Shown piece by piece: positions 26,680 to 36,286 of a stretch of 64,000 bases of DNA (positions are counted from its first letter, which is position 1; each line of letters opens with the position of its first letter). The stretch is from an uncultured Gammaproteobacteria bacterium (lineage in GTDB: Bacteria; Patescibacteriota; Microgenomatia; Levybacterales; UBA12049). Location of the stretch: positions 2,883 to 66,882 of the forward strand of contig CAZGGU010000003.1 in the NCBI GenBank assembly GCA_964525395.1, read 5' to 3'. Under the pieces are notes generated by a model. The model was not told where the DNA came from. It did not search any database and worked only from the letters and a program-made list of their open reading frames with translations. Both the position numbers and the translations under genes were made by a program.

Positions 26680-28360
26680 TTCTGTCCTAAAATATAGGAT
26701 CTACATTTTGCTGGTTCTTATTTTTTTAATTGGAGCATTCTTAAGATTTTATAGAATAAGTGATGTTCCAGTTTCTTTATATTGGGACGAGGTGTCTTCT
26801 GCTTATAACTCATTTTCACTTTTGCATACTGGAAAGGATGAGTTCGGAAAAACTCTTCCACTTCTTTTTAGAGCTTTTGAAGACTATAAAACTCCAGCCA
26901 ATATTTATTTGATGATTGTCCCGGTAGCGCTATTTGGCCTAAATGAGTTTAGCGCAAGATTTACCTCAGCATTTCTAGGATCATTACTAATTATCGTTAC
27001 ATTTTTTCTCGTACGTGAACTTTTTGGGAAAAAAATAAGAGTCTATGGAAGAGATATTAATACAGATTTTGTAGGATTATTATCAGCATTTTTGCTTGGA
27101 ATATCTCCTTGGGCGCTGCAATTTTCACGTACTGGTTTTGAAGCAAATTCAGGACTTTTTTTCGTAGTTTCGGCAATTACATTATTTTTGGGTGGTATAA
27201 ATCGAAATAGTAGAAATTACTATTTTATTTCAATGGCCACTTTTGCTATTAGTTTATATTTTTATAGAAGTATATGGGTCTTTGTTCCATTAATGCTTCT
27301 TAGTTTATTTATTATTTTTAGAAAAGAGATCTTAGATAAGAAAAATATTAAAAATACTATTCTCGGGATAATTATCTTTGGTGTACTTGTGGCTCCTTTT
27401 GCTCCCACAATGATTTCTAAGCAAGGAATGACACGAACTAGGCAAGTTAATGTTATTTCTAATTCTGTTGAGAGAACATATGCAAATGCAAAACTTCAGG
27501 ATTCAGCAGGAAATACATTCATTTCAAGAATTGTCTATAACAGAAGAATCGCATATGTCGAAATAATAATCGGAAATTATACGAAACATTTTCGTCCAGC
27601 ATATTTGTTCTTGAGGGGAGATGCTAATAATAGACATTCTGTAGAGGGGATGGGGGTAATGTATGTTTGGGAATCTATCTTTTTATTATTAGGATTGTTT
27701 CTTCTTATGCATGTTAATAAAAGGACAAGATATATAATTGTTCTTTGGCTTTTAATCGCTCCAATTCCTGCTGCTTTATCTGTTCCTTCACCGCATGCAC
27801 TGAGGAGCATGAATATGCTTCCTACCTTACAAATACTAAGTGCCTTGGGATTAGTCTTTATTTTTTATTACCTAAGAGGGAAGATGAAATTTGTTTATTT
27901 AGTATTTATTTTTGGTGTAATCGCTATCTATTTTATTCGTTATTTTTTTTCTTATTATGACTATACCGCGTTTAAGACAAGCGCAGACTGGGCAGATGGA
28001 TATAAGCAGCTAGCGACATATATGGAGGAAAATGAAAATAAATATGACAAGCTGGTCGTTTCAGGACACTATTGGCAACCCTATGTCTATTTTCTCTTTT
28101 ATAAAAATTATGATCCGAAGTCTTTTCAGGAGAGCGGTTCAAAATCAGGTTTTGGAAAGTATATTTTTGGCGGAACAAGCTGGGATATGAATGGAAAAGA
28201 GCTAGGGGATCAGAATTTAGAAAAGCTCGCTGGTTCAAAAAAGATTTTAGTTGCCTTGTCTCCTATTGAGTATGAGCTTCAAAAAGATAATATAGAAGTT
28301 GTAAAAGAAATAAAAAACCATAATAATGAACTAGTGTTTATTATTGGCACTCTTAAGTGA
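26672..28360 (+). CDS. GT-C membrane glycosyltransferase (ArnT/PMT-like), paralogue 1 of 3
   Basis: LYWDEVSSAYNSFSLLHTGKDEFGKTLPLLF loop-1 motif. About 11 TM plus a C-terminal domain. Confidence 0.75.
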   Translation: MINSVLKYRIYILLVLIFLIGAFLRFYRISDVPVSLYWDEVSSAYNSFSLLHTGKDEFGKTLPLLFRAFEDYKTPANIYLMIVPVALFGLNEFSARFTSAFLGSLLIIVTFFLVRELFGKKIRVYGRDINTDFVGLLSAFLLGISPWALQFSRTGFEANSGLFFVVSAITLFLGGINRNSRNYYFISMATFAISLYFYRSIWVFVPLMLLSLFIIFRKEILDKKNIKNTILGIIIFGVLVAPFAPTMISKQGMTRTRQVNVISNSVERTYANAKLQDSAGNTFISRIVYNRRIAYVEIIIGNYTKHFRPAYLFLRGDANNRHSVEGMGVMYVWESIFLLLGLFLLMHVNKRTRYIIVLWLLIAPIPAALSVPSPHALRSMNMLPTLQILSALGLVFIFYYLRGKMKFVYLVFIFGVIAIYFIRYFFSYYDYTAFKTSADWADGYKQLATYMEENENKYDKLVVSGHYWQPYVYFLFYKNYDPKSFQESGSKSGFGKYIFGGTSWDMNGKELGDQNLEKLAGSKKILVALSPIEYELQKDNIEVVKEIKNHNNELVFIIGTLK

Positions 28361-29988
28361 AAAAATTCTTAAAACCTAAATATATCCTATTTGTCATTGT
28401 TTTACTCGCAGCATTTCTGCGATTTTATAATCTGTCGATAAATCCTCCAGCATTAAATTGGGATGAAGCAGCGCTTGGATATAATGCTTATTTGCTTGGA
28501 ATAGATGGTAAAGATGAATTCGGTAAGACTTTACCACTAGCCTTTATCGAGTCTTACGGAGATTATAAGCCTGTTGTTTATTCATACCTCTCGATCGTTC
28601 CGGTAAGAATATTTGGTTTGAATGAATTAGGTGTGAGATTTTTGAGTGCATTTTTAGGAACATTTACTGTTCTTTTAACATATTTTTTAGTTAAGCAAAT
28701 TTTTTATAAGAAAGAAAATGAAAATATTGAATCGATCGCTTTATTTTCTTCCTTTATAATTGCAATTTCTCCTTGGACGATAATGCTTTCTCGAGGCGCT
28801 TATGAAGCAAATGTCTCAACTTTTTTTATTGTTCTTGGAATTTTATTTTTTCTTTATGCAGTTAATAAAAAGATTTGGTTTTTAGTTCCTTCTGCTATTT
28901 CTCTGGCGATCACTTTTTACACATTTAACACTGCGAGAATATTCATACCTTTAGTCATAGTCGTTATGGCAATTGTTTTTAGAAAAGTTCTAATTAAAAA
29001 TTATAAACAGGTACTAATCTCAGGAATTGTAGGATTAATTATTCTTCTTCCTACGCTCCCTTTTTTATTTTCTCCTCAGGCTAAAATTAGATTTCAGGAA
29101 GTAAATATCTTTAGTAATCCGAAAATTGTTGAAGATTCTAATCAATACATTGTTAATGACAATGGTGCAATTTGGTCCAAGATTATTCACAACAGGAGAG
29201 TTTTGTATGGAATTGAATTTTCGAAACATTATTTTGATAATTTAAATCCTGATTTCTTATTTATAAAAGGAGATGGGAATCCGAGATTTTCAACTCAGGA
29301 CGTAGGTCAGTTATATTTAATTGAACTGCCATTTTTGATTTCGGGAATATTTTTACTTTTCAGAAAAAGAGAAGGGCATTATTGGCTCATACCTGTCTGG
29401 TTTCTTTTAGGAATTATTCCAGCTGCTACAGCACGAGAGACGCCTCATGCTTTAAGAATTGAAACTGTAATTCCGATGCTACAAATCTTGGTGGCTTATG
29501 GAGCAGTAAATCTAATCATCATGATGAAGAAATATAGAGGTGTAGCATATAGTTTGATTATACTTTTTATGTTAGGAAGTTTGATCTATTTTTATCATGG
29601 TTTGATTTTTCACTATCCAAGAGAGTATTCATCTGAATGGCAGTATCCGTATAAGGAGGCTGTTGCATTCGCAAATAAGAATAAAGATAAATATTCATCA
29701 GTTTTGGTCACAGAAAAACTTGGCAGACCTTATATCTACTTTTTACTTTATGGAAAAGTAAGTCCAGTAGAATTCAGACAGAGTTCTAAGATTGACAGGG
29801 AGGCGCTGGGATTTGTACATGTGAGAAGTTTTGATAAATATAAATTCGTAAATGAAATAGAGAAGGAGCAAGAAAGTGGCGTTTTATATATCGATGTTCC
29901 AAATAACTTGCCAAAAGACGTGAAAGTTTTGAAGGAATTCAGATTGTTAAATGGAGACCAGGGCTTAGTGGCATATGAAAAAAATTGA
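28357..29988 (+). CDS. GT-C membrane glycosyltransferase (ArnT/PMT-like), paralogue 2 of 3
   Basis: LNWDEAALGYNAYLLGIDGKDEFGKTLPLAF. Collinear with neighbours, including HNRR..Y, FIKGDGNPRFS and PHALR motifs. Confidence 0.75.
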   Translation: MKKFLKPKYILFVIVLLAAFLRFYNLSINPPALNWDEAALGYNAYLLGIDGKDEFGKTLPLAFIESYGDYKPVVYSYLSIVPVRIFGLNELGVRFLSAFLGTFTVLLTYFLVKQIFYKKENENIESIALFSSFIIAISPWTIMLSRGAYEANVSTFFIVLGILFFLYAVNKKIWFLVPSAISLAITFYTFNTARIFIPLVIVVMAIVFRKVLIKNYKQVLISGIVGLIILLPTLPFLFSPQAKIRFQEVNIFSNPKIVEDSNQYIVNDNGAIWSKIIHNRRVLYGIEFSKHYFDNLNPDFLFIKGDGNPRFSTQDVGQLYLIELPFLISGIFLLFRKREGHYWLIPVWFLLGIIPAATARETPHALRIETVIPMLQILVAYGAVNLIIMMKKYRGVAYSLIILFMLGSLIYFYHGLIFHYPREYSSEWQYPYKEAVAFANKNKDKYSSVLVTEKLGRPYIYFLLYGKVSPVEFRQSSKIDREALGFVHVRSFDKYKFVNEIEKEQESGVLYIDVPNNLPKDVKVLKEFRLLNGDQGLVAYEKN

Positions 29989-31624
29989 TTTTAAAATTAT
30001 CATATTGTTCTTAGGAATTGTTTTACTAGCAATTTTTTTAAGATTTTCGCATCTCGATCAAACTCCACCCTCACTAAATTGGGATGAAACATCATGGGGT
30101 TACAATGCATATTCAATTTTAATGACAGGAAAAGACGAGTATGGATCAAAGCTCCCATTGATAATTAGATCGTTTAATGATTACAAGCCTGGGCTTTATG
30201 CCTATTTACTAATTCCATTCATCTCTGTATTTGGGCTCTCAGATTTTATTGTTCGTTTTCCAAATGCATTATTTGGGGTTTTGACTGTAATTACTACTTA
30301 TTTCCTTGCAAAGGAATTGTTTAAAAATAGAGCTATAGCATTTATTAGTATGTTTCTCATGGCAATTTCTCCGTGGAGTATTCAGTTTTCTAGATTTGCT
30401 CATGAAGGTATCGTGGGACTTGAGTTCAACTTACTTATGGCGTTTTTCTTTATTAAGGGAATGAAGAATCCTAAATTGTTATGTTTATCAGCACTTTTTG
30501 CAGGATTGTCTCTGTATAGTTATCAAAATGAAAAAGTTTTTGTTCCTCTGTTTGGCTTAATACTTTTAGTTGCTTACATTAAAGATTTTATAATAGTCCC
30601 AAAGAAATATATAAGTGCAGCTTTTATGGTGGGTTTAGTCGTAGCTTTGCCTATTATTTATATAACTTTGACTAATCCTGCATCTTTAACTCGTGCCAAA
30701 GGAGCAAGTTTTCTAAATAATCCAATTGGAGTGCTTAGACAAGACCAGCCGGAAAGAATTTTAAAGGATAAGAATAATGGTGATGTCATAGGATTGGCAA
30801 TTGATAACAGGAGGATTTCATATGTCAAAGAAATTGTAGGGAATTATTTAGTTCATTACGATCCTAACTTTTTGTTTATAAATGGCGATGTTATTCCAAG
30901 ACATCAAGCATCAGGAATGGGCCACTTATATCTAATCGAACTGCCTTTCCTATTGTTGGGTTTGTATTTTTTTGTTTTCGGTAAATTTGACCGAAAAAGT
31001 AAGATTTTTGTAATTCTTTGGATACTCATTGTGCCAATTGCTGCGTCGATTACATGGGATGTTCCTAATTCAGGGAGGACATTAAATTTCTTGCCCACCT
31101 TCCAAATGATAATTGCGATAGGGATAGTTAGCTTCTATTTCATAATAAAAAATGCTAAATTCCACAGATATATTAAATATGGAATTTTTGGAGTGATAAT
31201 CTTACTTGCTACTTTTAATTTTATTTACTATCTAAATCAATACTTTGTTCAATATAGATACTTTAATTCTCAAGCTTGGCAATATGGCTATAATCAGATC
31301 ATTCCAGTAATAGAAAAAGAATATCCGAATTATAAAAAAATTCATGTAGGCACTATGGTTCCTCTTGATCAGTCATATATTTTCTTTTTATATGGTTTGA
31401 GATTTGATCCAGCTACTTATCAAAAAACATCATCTTCAGGTGAGTATCAGGCAAATCATAATTTCGATAAGTTTGAATTTTCAAATTTTGATTGGAAAGA
31501 CAGAAAATCTGGAGAACTTTATATAGGAAAAGCTAATCAATTTTCTGGAGTTGAGGAATCAAATATTATAAAAAGGATTAAATTCCTTGATGGGTCATCA
31601 GATATTTTAATAGTAAAAAATTAA
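29975..31624 (+). CDS. GT-C membrane glycosyltransferase (ArnT/PMT-like), paralogue 3 of 3
   Basis: LNWDETSWGYNAYSILMTGKDEYGSKLPLII. Same collinear motifs. Confidence 0.75.
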   Translation: MKKIDFKIIILFLGIVLLAIFLRFSHLDQTPPSLNWDETSWGYNAYSILMTGKDEYGSKLPLIIRSFNDYKPGLYAYLLIPFISVFGLSDFIVRFPNALFGVLTVITTYFLAKELFKNRAIAFISMFLMAISPWSIQFSRFAHEGIVGLEFNLLMAFFFIKGMKNPKLLCLSALFAGLSLYSYQNEKVFVPLFGLILLVAYIKDFIIVPKKYISAAFMVGLVVALPIIYITLTNPASLTRAKGASFLNNPIGVLRQDQPERILKDKNNGDVIGLAIDNRRISYVKEIVGNYLVHYDPNFLFINGDVIPRHQASGMGHLYLIELPFLLLGLYFFVFGKFDRKSKIFVILWILIVPIAASITWDVPNSGRTLNFLPTFQMIIAIGIVSFYFIIKNAKFHRYIKYGIFGVIILLATFNFIYYLNQYFVQYRYFNSQAWQYGYNQIIPVIEKEYPNYKKIHVGTMVPLDQSYIFFLYGLRFDPATYQKTSSSGEYQANHNFDKFEFSNFDWKDRKSGELYIGKANQFSGVEESNIIKRIKFLDGSSDILIVKN

Positions 31625-31634
31625 ATTAATAAAG

Positions 31635-31665
31635 TTGACAGAAATTATCTGTATCGTGCTAAAAT
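31635..31665 (+). promoter_or_regulatory. promoter TTGACA-N16-TGcTAAAAT, ending 5 nt before ATG 31671
   Basis: Consensus -35 at 31635-31640. Extended -10 at 31657-31665. Confidence 0.45.
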
Positions 31666-31670
31666 AAATT

Positions 31671-33386
31671 ATGAAGCTAAATAGAATTAAATTAAAAGTA
31701 AAGGAGTTAATAAAAAATCAGAATTTTTGGATATTTTTAGCCTTTTTTATCTTCGTAGCAGCGATATTTATAATTGATAGTAAGCATGAGAGATATCCTG
31801 ACGAATTTGACAATATTTTAGGTGGAAAGTACTTATTACAAGGTAAATTAATCTATAAAGATTGGTTTACTCATCATGGACCTTTTTCATATGTGGTTGC
31901 AGCTGTAGTAAATTTATTTAGCTTTAATTCCTTTGTTCTTTTTAGATTCTTCTATGCAATATTTTTACTTTTGCTAACATTTGGTTCATATTTTTATATC
32001 AAGTCTAGCCTTAAAACAGTTGAAACTAAATTTTATTTATTTTTTATATTCTTTTTGGGATTAGCATCAACATATTTCTGGGGACAAATGCTTCTCGCTG
32101 ATAATCTGGCAGCTTTTCTTCTAACTCCAGTTTTTGCATTGGTCTTTTTGAAATCAATCAATAATTTGAAGTTTAGTACAAAAGATTTTATTTTTATTTC
32201 AGTATTTTCATTCCTCGCGTTGATGAGCGCACTAACATATTCGTATTTAGTGGCGGGTGTTTATGGTTTTGTATTTATTTATTACTTATACCAAGAAAGA
32301 AGGAAGTCTGACCCAATATATTTATTGAAAATGATTGGTGTAATTCTATTGCCATTTGTTTTATTCCTACTTTATTTAATTGTCACGGGATCTTTAGGAA
32401 GCTATTTTTATGATGCAGTGAAATTTAATCGAGATTTTTATATCTACTATCCAGGATTTGAAGGAAAACCTCCCTCAAATCCAATTAGATACGGAATTAT
32501 CATGCTTCAAGGTTTTCATAATAATTTTTCTTCGATGATGCTAGGCGTTAGAGATTTCAATTTCACTTATCCATTTAACATTTCTCTAGGTGTCGCCAAT
32601 ACAGCTCTCGCAATTTATTTAATTCTTAAAAAGAAATATTTACCAGTTTTACTTCTCGTAGGTGTTTTAGTGTATGCAAATGCAAGAACTAATCCTTTTA
32701 GTTCTGCTGAAACTGACTATCAGTCAGCAGTTTACATAATGATCTCTCTTTTTAATCTTTGTTTCGTAATCCCTGCGCTTTATAGAGAAATAAACATTTC
32801 ATCAGATTCAGCTAAAAAAATTATTTGTGGAGTACTTTTTATACTGGTATTAGTTTATAGCTTTTTCTGTTTCACATTTATATTAAGAAAGTTTTCTTAT
32901 AAAGCTTATGATAAATATATGGGATTGGCTTCCTCTATCTATGACGGTCCTAGAATCGCACCTGTGATGAATAGAATTGTTCCTAGTGATCATTATTCCT
33001 GGATTGGTCCTTTTGCATTTGAAGATTTGTATTACTTAGATTCCAAAATCCCTTCTAGATATCAGGTTTTACTTCCAGGAATGGGTAAATCTGAGAAAAT
33101 TCCCGCTGAAATAATTTCAGATTTTGAAAAAAATAAACCTGACGTAATTTATTTTGATAAAGATTTCTTTATTTTAGGGGGTAATCCCGCAGTTTACGGA
33201 AAATTCTTTATGGACTTCTTAGGAGAGAATTATTACAAGCTTGATGAGATCGATAACGGAGCATATCAGTATTCCGATGGCGTTGATAGATCATTTTTAT
33301 TTGAACAAAAGCTTTATATAAGCAAAGATAAAGCGCCTGAGGTAGTTAAGCGACTTAAATCAGAAGGATTAATAATAAATAACTAA
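31671..33386 (+). CDS. GT-C-like polytopic membrane protein (ArnT-like N-terminal loop)
   Basis: DEFDNILGGKYLLQGKLIYKDWFTHHGPFSY fits the DE...Y...G...Y..(K/H)PP ArnT-type motif. About 12 TM plus a C-terminal soluble region. Confidence 0.55.
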   Translation: MKLNRIKLKVKELIKNQNFWIFLAFFIFVAAIFIIDSKHERYPDEFDNILGGKYLLQGKLIYKDWFTHHGPFSYVVAAVVNLFSFNSFVLFRFFYAIFLLLLTFGSYFYIKSSLKTVETKFYLFFIFFLGLASTYFWGQMLLADNLAAFLLTPVFALVFLKSINNLKFSTKDFIFISVFSFLALMSALTYSYLVAGVYGFVFIYYLYQERRKSDPIYLLKMIGVILLPFVLFLLYLIVTGSLGSYFYDAVKFNRDFYIYYPGFEGKPPSNPIRYGIIMLQGFHNNFSSMMLGVRDFNFTYPFNISLGVANTALAIYLILKKKYLPVLLLVGVLVYANARTNPFSSAETDYQSAVYIMISLFNLCFVIPALYREINISSDSAKKIICGVLFILVLVYSFFCFTFILRKFSYKAYDKYMGLASSIYDGPRIAPVMNRIVPSDHYSWIGPFAFEDLYYLDSKIPSRYQVLLPGMGKSEKIPAEIISDFEKNKPDVIYFDKDFFILGGNPAVYGKFFMDFLGENYYKLDEIDNGAYQYSDGVDRSFLFEQKLYISKDKAPEVVKRLKSEGLIINN

Positions 33387-34240
33387 TGAAAATCTCCGTA
33401 GCGCTAGCTGTATTTAATGAAGAAAAAAATTTAGAGAGGTGTCTTAAATCTGTCGAAGAGTTAGCTGATGAAATAGTTATAGTAGATGGGTCTTCTAATG
33501 ATAAAACAGTGGAGATTGCTAAGAAATTTAAAGCTAAAATTCTCATAAAGGATAATCCTCCCATGTTTCATATCAATAAACAAAAAGCGATTGATATGTG
33601 CTTGGGATCGTGGATCTTGCAGCTTGATGCGGACGAAGTGGTAAGTCACGAGTTGGCTGAAGAAATAAAGTTAATCAGCAGTTTAAGCGACAAGGAGATT
33701 GAAGAATATCAGGAAAGTGTTAAAAATATTGAAATGCTAAGGCGTCACCAGTCTCTAATTGATAAGCGAGATGGAAAAATTGGGGATGATAAAAAAGAGT
33801 ATGCAGCATTTTTCATTCCAAGAGCGAATTTTTTTCTGGGTCGATACTTAAAATATGGGGGAGTTTACCCAGATGGTGTAATCAGGTTATTTAAAAAAGG
33901 AAAAGCTTATTTACCTTGTAAAGATGTGCATGAACAGTTCGAAGTTTCAGGGCGTGTAGGGTGGCTACAAAATGATTTACTGCACTACGATTCTCCGACA
34001 TTCGAAAAGTATATTAAAAGAAATAATAGATATACGACCTTTATTGCATCGCAGTATAAGGATGAAAATCTTCCAAAGAATCCAATCTATTTTATTAAGT
34101 ATGTTTTTGTTTTGCCGATTAAATGGTTTTTCTTAACATTTTTTAGACATAAAGGTTTTCTTGATTCATGGCAAGGATTTGTATTTTCATTTTTTTCTTC
34201 ATTAAGATTTGCAATATCCTACATTAAATACATTAGCTAA
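33386..34240 (+). CDS. GT2 glycosyltransferase
   Basis: ISVALAVFNEEKNL...EIVIVDGSSNDKT...LQLDADEVV. Confidence 0.75.
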   Translation: MKISVALAVFNEEKNLERCLKSVEELADEIVIVDGSSNDKTVEIAKKFKAKILIKDNPPMFHINKQKAIDMCLGSWILQLDADEVVSHELAEEIKLISSLSDKEIEEYQESVKNIEMLRRHQSLIDKRDGKIGDDKKEYAAFFIPRANFFLGRYLKYGGVYPDGVIRLFKKGKAYLPCKDVHEQFEVSGRVGWLQNDLLHYDSPTFEKYIKRNNRYTTFIASQYKDENLPKNPIYFIKYVFVLPIKWFFLTFFRHKGFLDSWQGFVFSFFSSLRFAISYIKYIS

Positions 34241-34254
34241 TCTTCTTAACATTT

Positions 34255-34262
34255 TGTAGAAT
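34255..34262 (+). promoter_or_regulatory. extended -10 TGTAGAAT, 6 nt upstream of ATG 34269
   Basis: Lies in the 28-bp gap after the preceding stop. Confidence 0.45.
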
Positions 34263-34268
34263 AGAAAT

Positions 34269-35237
34269 ATGAAATATCTTGTCACGGGCGGAGCCGGATA
34301 CATCGGAAGTTTTATGGTTAAATCTCTTCTTGAGAGAGGAGAAGAGGTAGTTGTCCTAGATAATTTGGAGAGAGGCCATGACTGGGCTGTGTCTAAAGGG
34401 GCAATACTAGTCACGGGTGACATTCGGGATAAAAGTATTCTTCATAAAATTTTTGAAGAAAATAAGATTGAGGCTATTTTTCATTTTGCTGGATTAATTT
34501 CTGTTGAAGAGTCGACTAAAAATCCTAATATGTACTTCGAAAATAATGTATTAGGTTCAAAAATTTTGTTTGAAACAGCTGTTGAAAAGGGAATTAAGAA
34601 ATTCATTTTTTCATCCACTGCGGCGGTTTATGGTAATCCAGAGATTATACCTATTCCCGAAGATCATCCAAAAGCTCCTACGAGTCCTTATGGTGAGTCT
34701 AAGCTTGAGACTGAGCAGAATCTATCTGGGTTAAGAGAGGACAATCCTGATGTTAGTTTTGTATGCCTTAGGTATTTTAATGCTTGTGGAGCAGCTTTGG
34801 ACGGCTCTCTGGGGGAAGATCATAAGCCAGAAACACATATTATTCCTCTTGCCATTAAGGCTGCAAGGAGTGGTCAAGAATTTAAGATATTTGGCACAGA
34901 CTATGACACGCCAGATGGTTCGTGCTTGAGAGATTACATCCATGTTCTTGATTTAATAGATGCTCATTTCTTAGCTCTTGGGCATATATCAACAAATCCA
35001 GGCGGATATTTTTTCAATGTGGGAACTGGAAAAGGAATATCTAACCGAGAAATCATTGAAGAAGTAAAAAGAATTAGTGGGAAAGACTTTCCGGTCGTTG
35101 AATTTGAGCGTAGAGCGGGAGATGCAGATCGATTAATTGCTGATCCAACGAAAATTAATTCATTAGGATTTTCTCCAAAATATTCAGACATAAAAACTAT
35201 TATTGAATCTGCATGGAATTGGCATAATTCTAGATGA
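34269..35237 (+). CDS. galE: UDP-glucose 4-epimerase
   Basis: MKYLVTGGAGYIGSFMVKSLLERGEEVVVLDNL Rossmann. Catalytic YGESK. Full-length collinear with GalE. Confidence 0.85.
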   Translation: MKYLVTGGAGYIGSFMVKSLLERGEEVVVLDNLERGHDWAVSKGAILVTGDIRDKSILHKIFEENKIEAIFHFAGLISVEESTKNPNMYFENNVLGSKILFETAVEKGIKKFIFSSTAAVYGNPEIIPIPEDHPKAPTSPYGESKLETEQNLSGLREDNPDVSFVCLRYFNACGAALDGSLGEDHKPETHIIPLAIKAARSGQEFKIFGTDYDTPDGSCLRDYIHVLDLIDAHFLALGHISTNPGGYFFNVGTGKGISNREIIEEVKRISGKDFPVVEFERRAGDADRLIADPTKINSLGFSPKYSDIKTIIESAWNWHNSR

Positions 35238-36286
35238 AAATAGCAATTGATATTTCACCTTTAACTTCAGGACACAGTGTTCGTGGAACAGGTTTCTATT
35301 TATTAAATCTCAAGTCAGCACTCGAAAAATACTTTCCTGAAAACGAATATGTTTTTTTTAAAACTGAAGATGAAATCCCACACGATGCACAGCTAGTTCA
35401 TTTTCCTTATTTTGATCCCTTTTTCTTAAATTATCCTAAAACCAATTTACCTAGTGTAATTACAGTTCATGATTTAACGCCCATTGTTTTTAAAGATCAG
35501 TTTCCTGCTGGGATAAAAGGGAATATTAAATGGCAGGTGCAAAAAAGAAAGCTTAAGTCTACGAAAAATATAATTACAGATTCTCATGCTTCTAAAAAAG
35601 ATATAGTTAAGTTTGTTGGGCTACCTCAAAACAGTGTGGAGGTTGTCTATTTGGCTGCTGCAGAGCATTTTAAGCCAATTTCTAAATCGGAAAAAGAAAA
35701 AATAAATAAGAAGTTTAATCTTCCTAATAAATTTTTACTTTATGTGGGTGATGTTACCTGGAATAAAAACCTTCCAAACCTAATTAGAGCTGTTATTGAA
35801 TCTGATGTTAATCTAGTTATTGCTGGTAAAGCTTTTATAAATGAAGAGTATGATAAGGCTAATCCATGGAATAAAAGTTTTCACGAAGCTAAAGTGCTCG
35901 CAAGTTCAAGTGAAAAAATTAAAGCATTGGGTTTTATTTCAGATGTTGATTTAGTAGGGTTATATAACTGTGCCCTAGCTACCATTATGCCTTCATTTTA
36001 TGAAGGCTTTGGTTTACCTGTTCTTGAAGCAATGCAGTCAGGTTGCCCAGTTATCACATCAAAGCGAGGGTCACTTGAAGAAGTGGCTGGTAGCGCAGCT
36101 TATTTTATTGATCCCGACAGCACTCTTTCTATAAAAGAGGGGATACTGGAGGTTTTCTCTAATGATAATTTAAGAAAAGCAATGTCAAAAAAGGGCATTA
36201 TTCAAGCTAAGAAATTTAGCTGGAAGAAAACTGCAGAAGAGACACTAAAAGCTTATGAAAAAGTTATTCTTGAATCAGGAAGTTAA
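35234..36286 (+). CDS. GT4 (GT-B) glycosyltransferase
   Basis: MKIAIDISPL N-terminus. EGFGLPVLEAMQSGCPVITS C-terminal motif. Confidence 0.85.
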   Translation: MKIAIDISPLTSGHSVRGTGFYLLNLKSALEKYFPENEYVFFKTEDEIPHDAQLVHFPYFDPFFLNYPKTNLPSVITVHDLTPIVFKDQFPAGIKGNIKWQVQKRKLKSTKNIITDSHASKKDIVKFVGLPQNSVEVVYLAAAEHFKPISKSEKEKINKKFNLPNKFLLYVGDVTWNKNLPNLIRAVIESDVNLVIAGKAFINEEYDKANPWNKSFHEAKVLASSSEKIKALGFISDVDLVGLYNCALATIMPSFYEGFGLPVLEAMQSGCPVITSKRGSLEEVAGSAAYFIDPDSTLSIKEGILEVFSNDNLRKAMSKKGIIQAKKFSWKKTAEETLKAYEKVILESGS

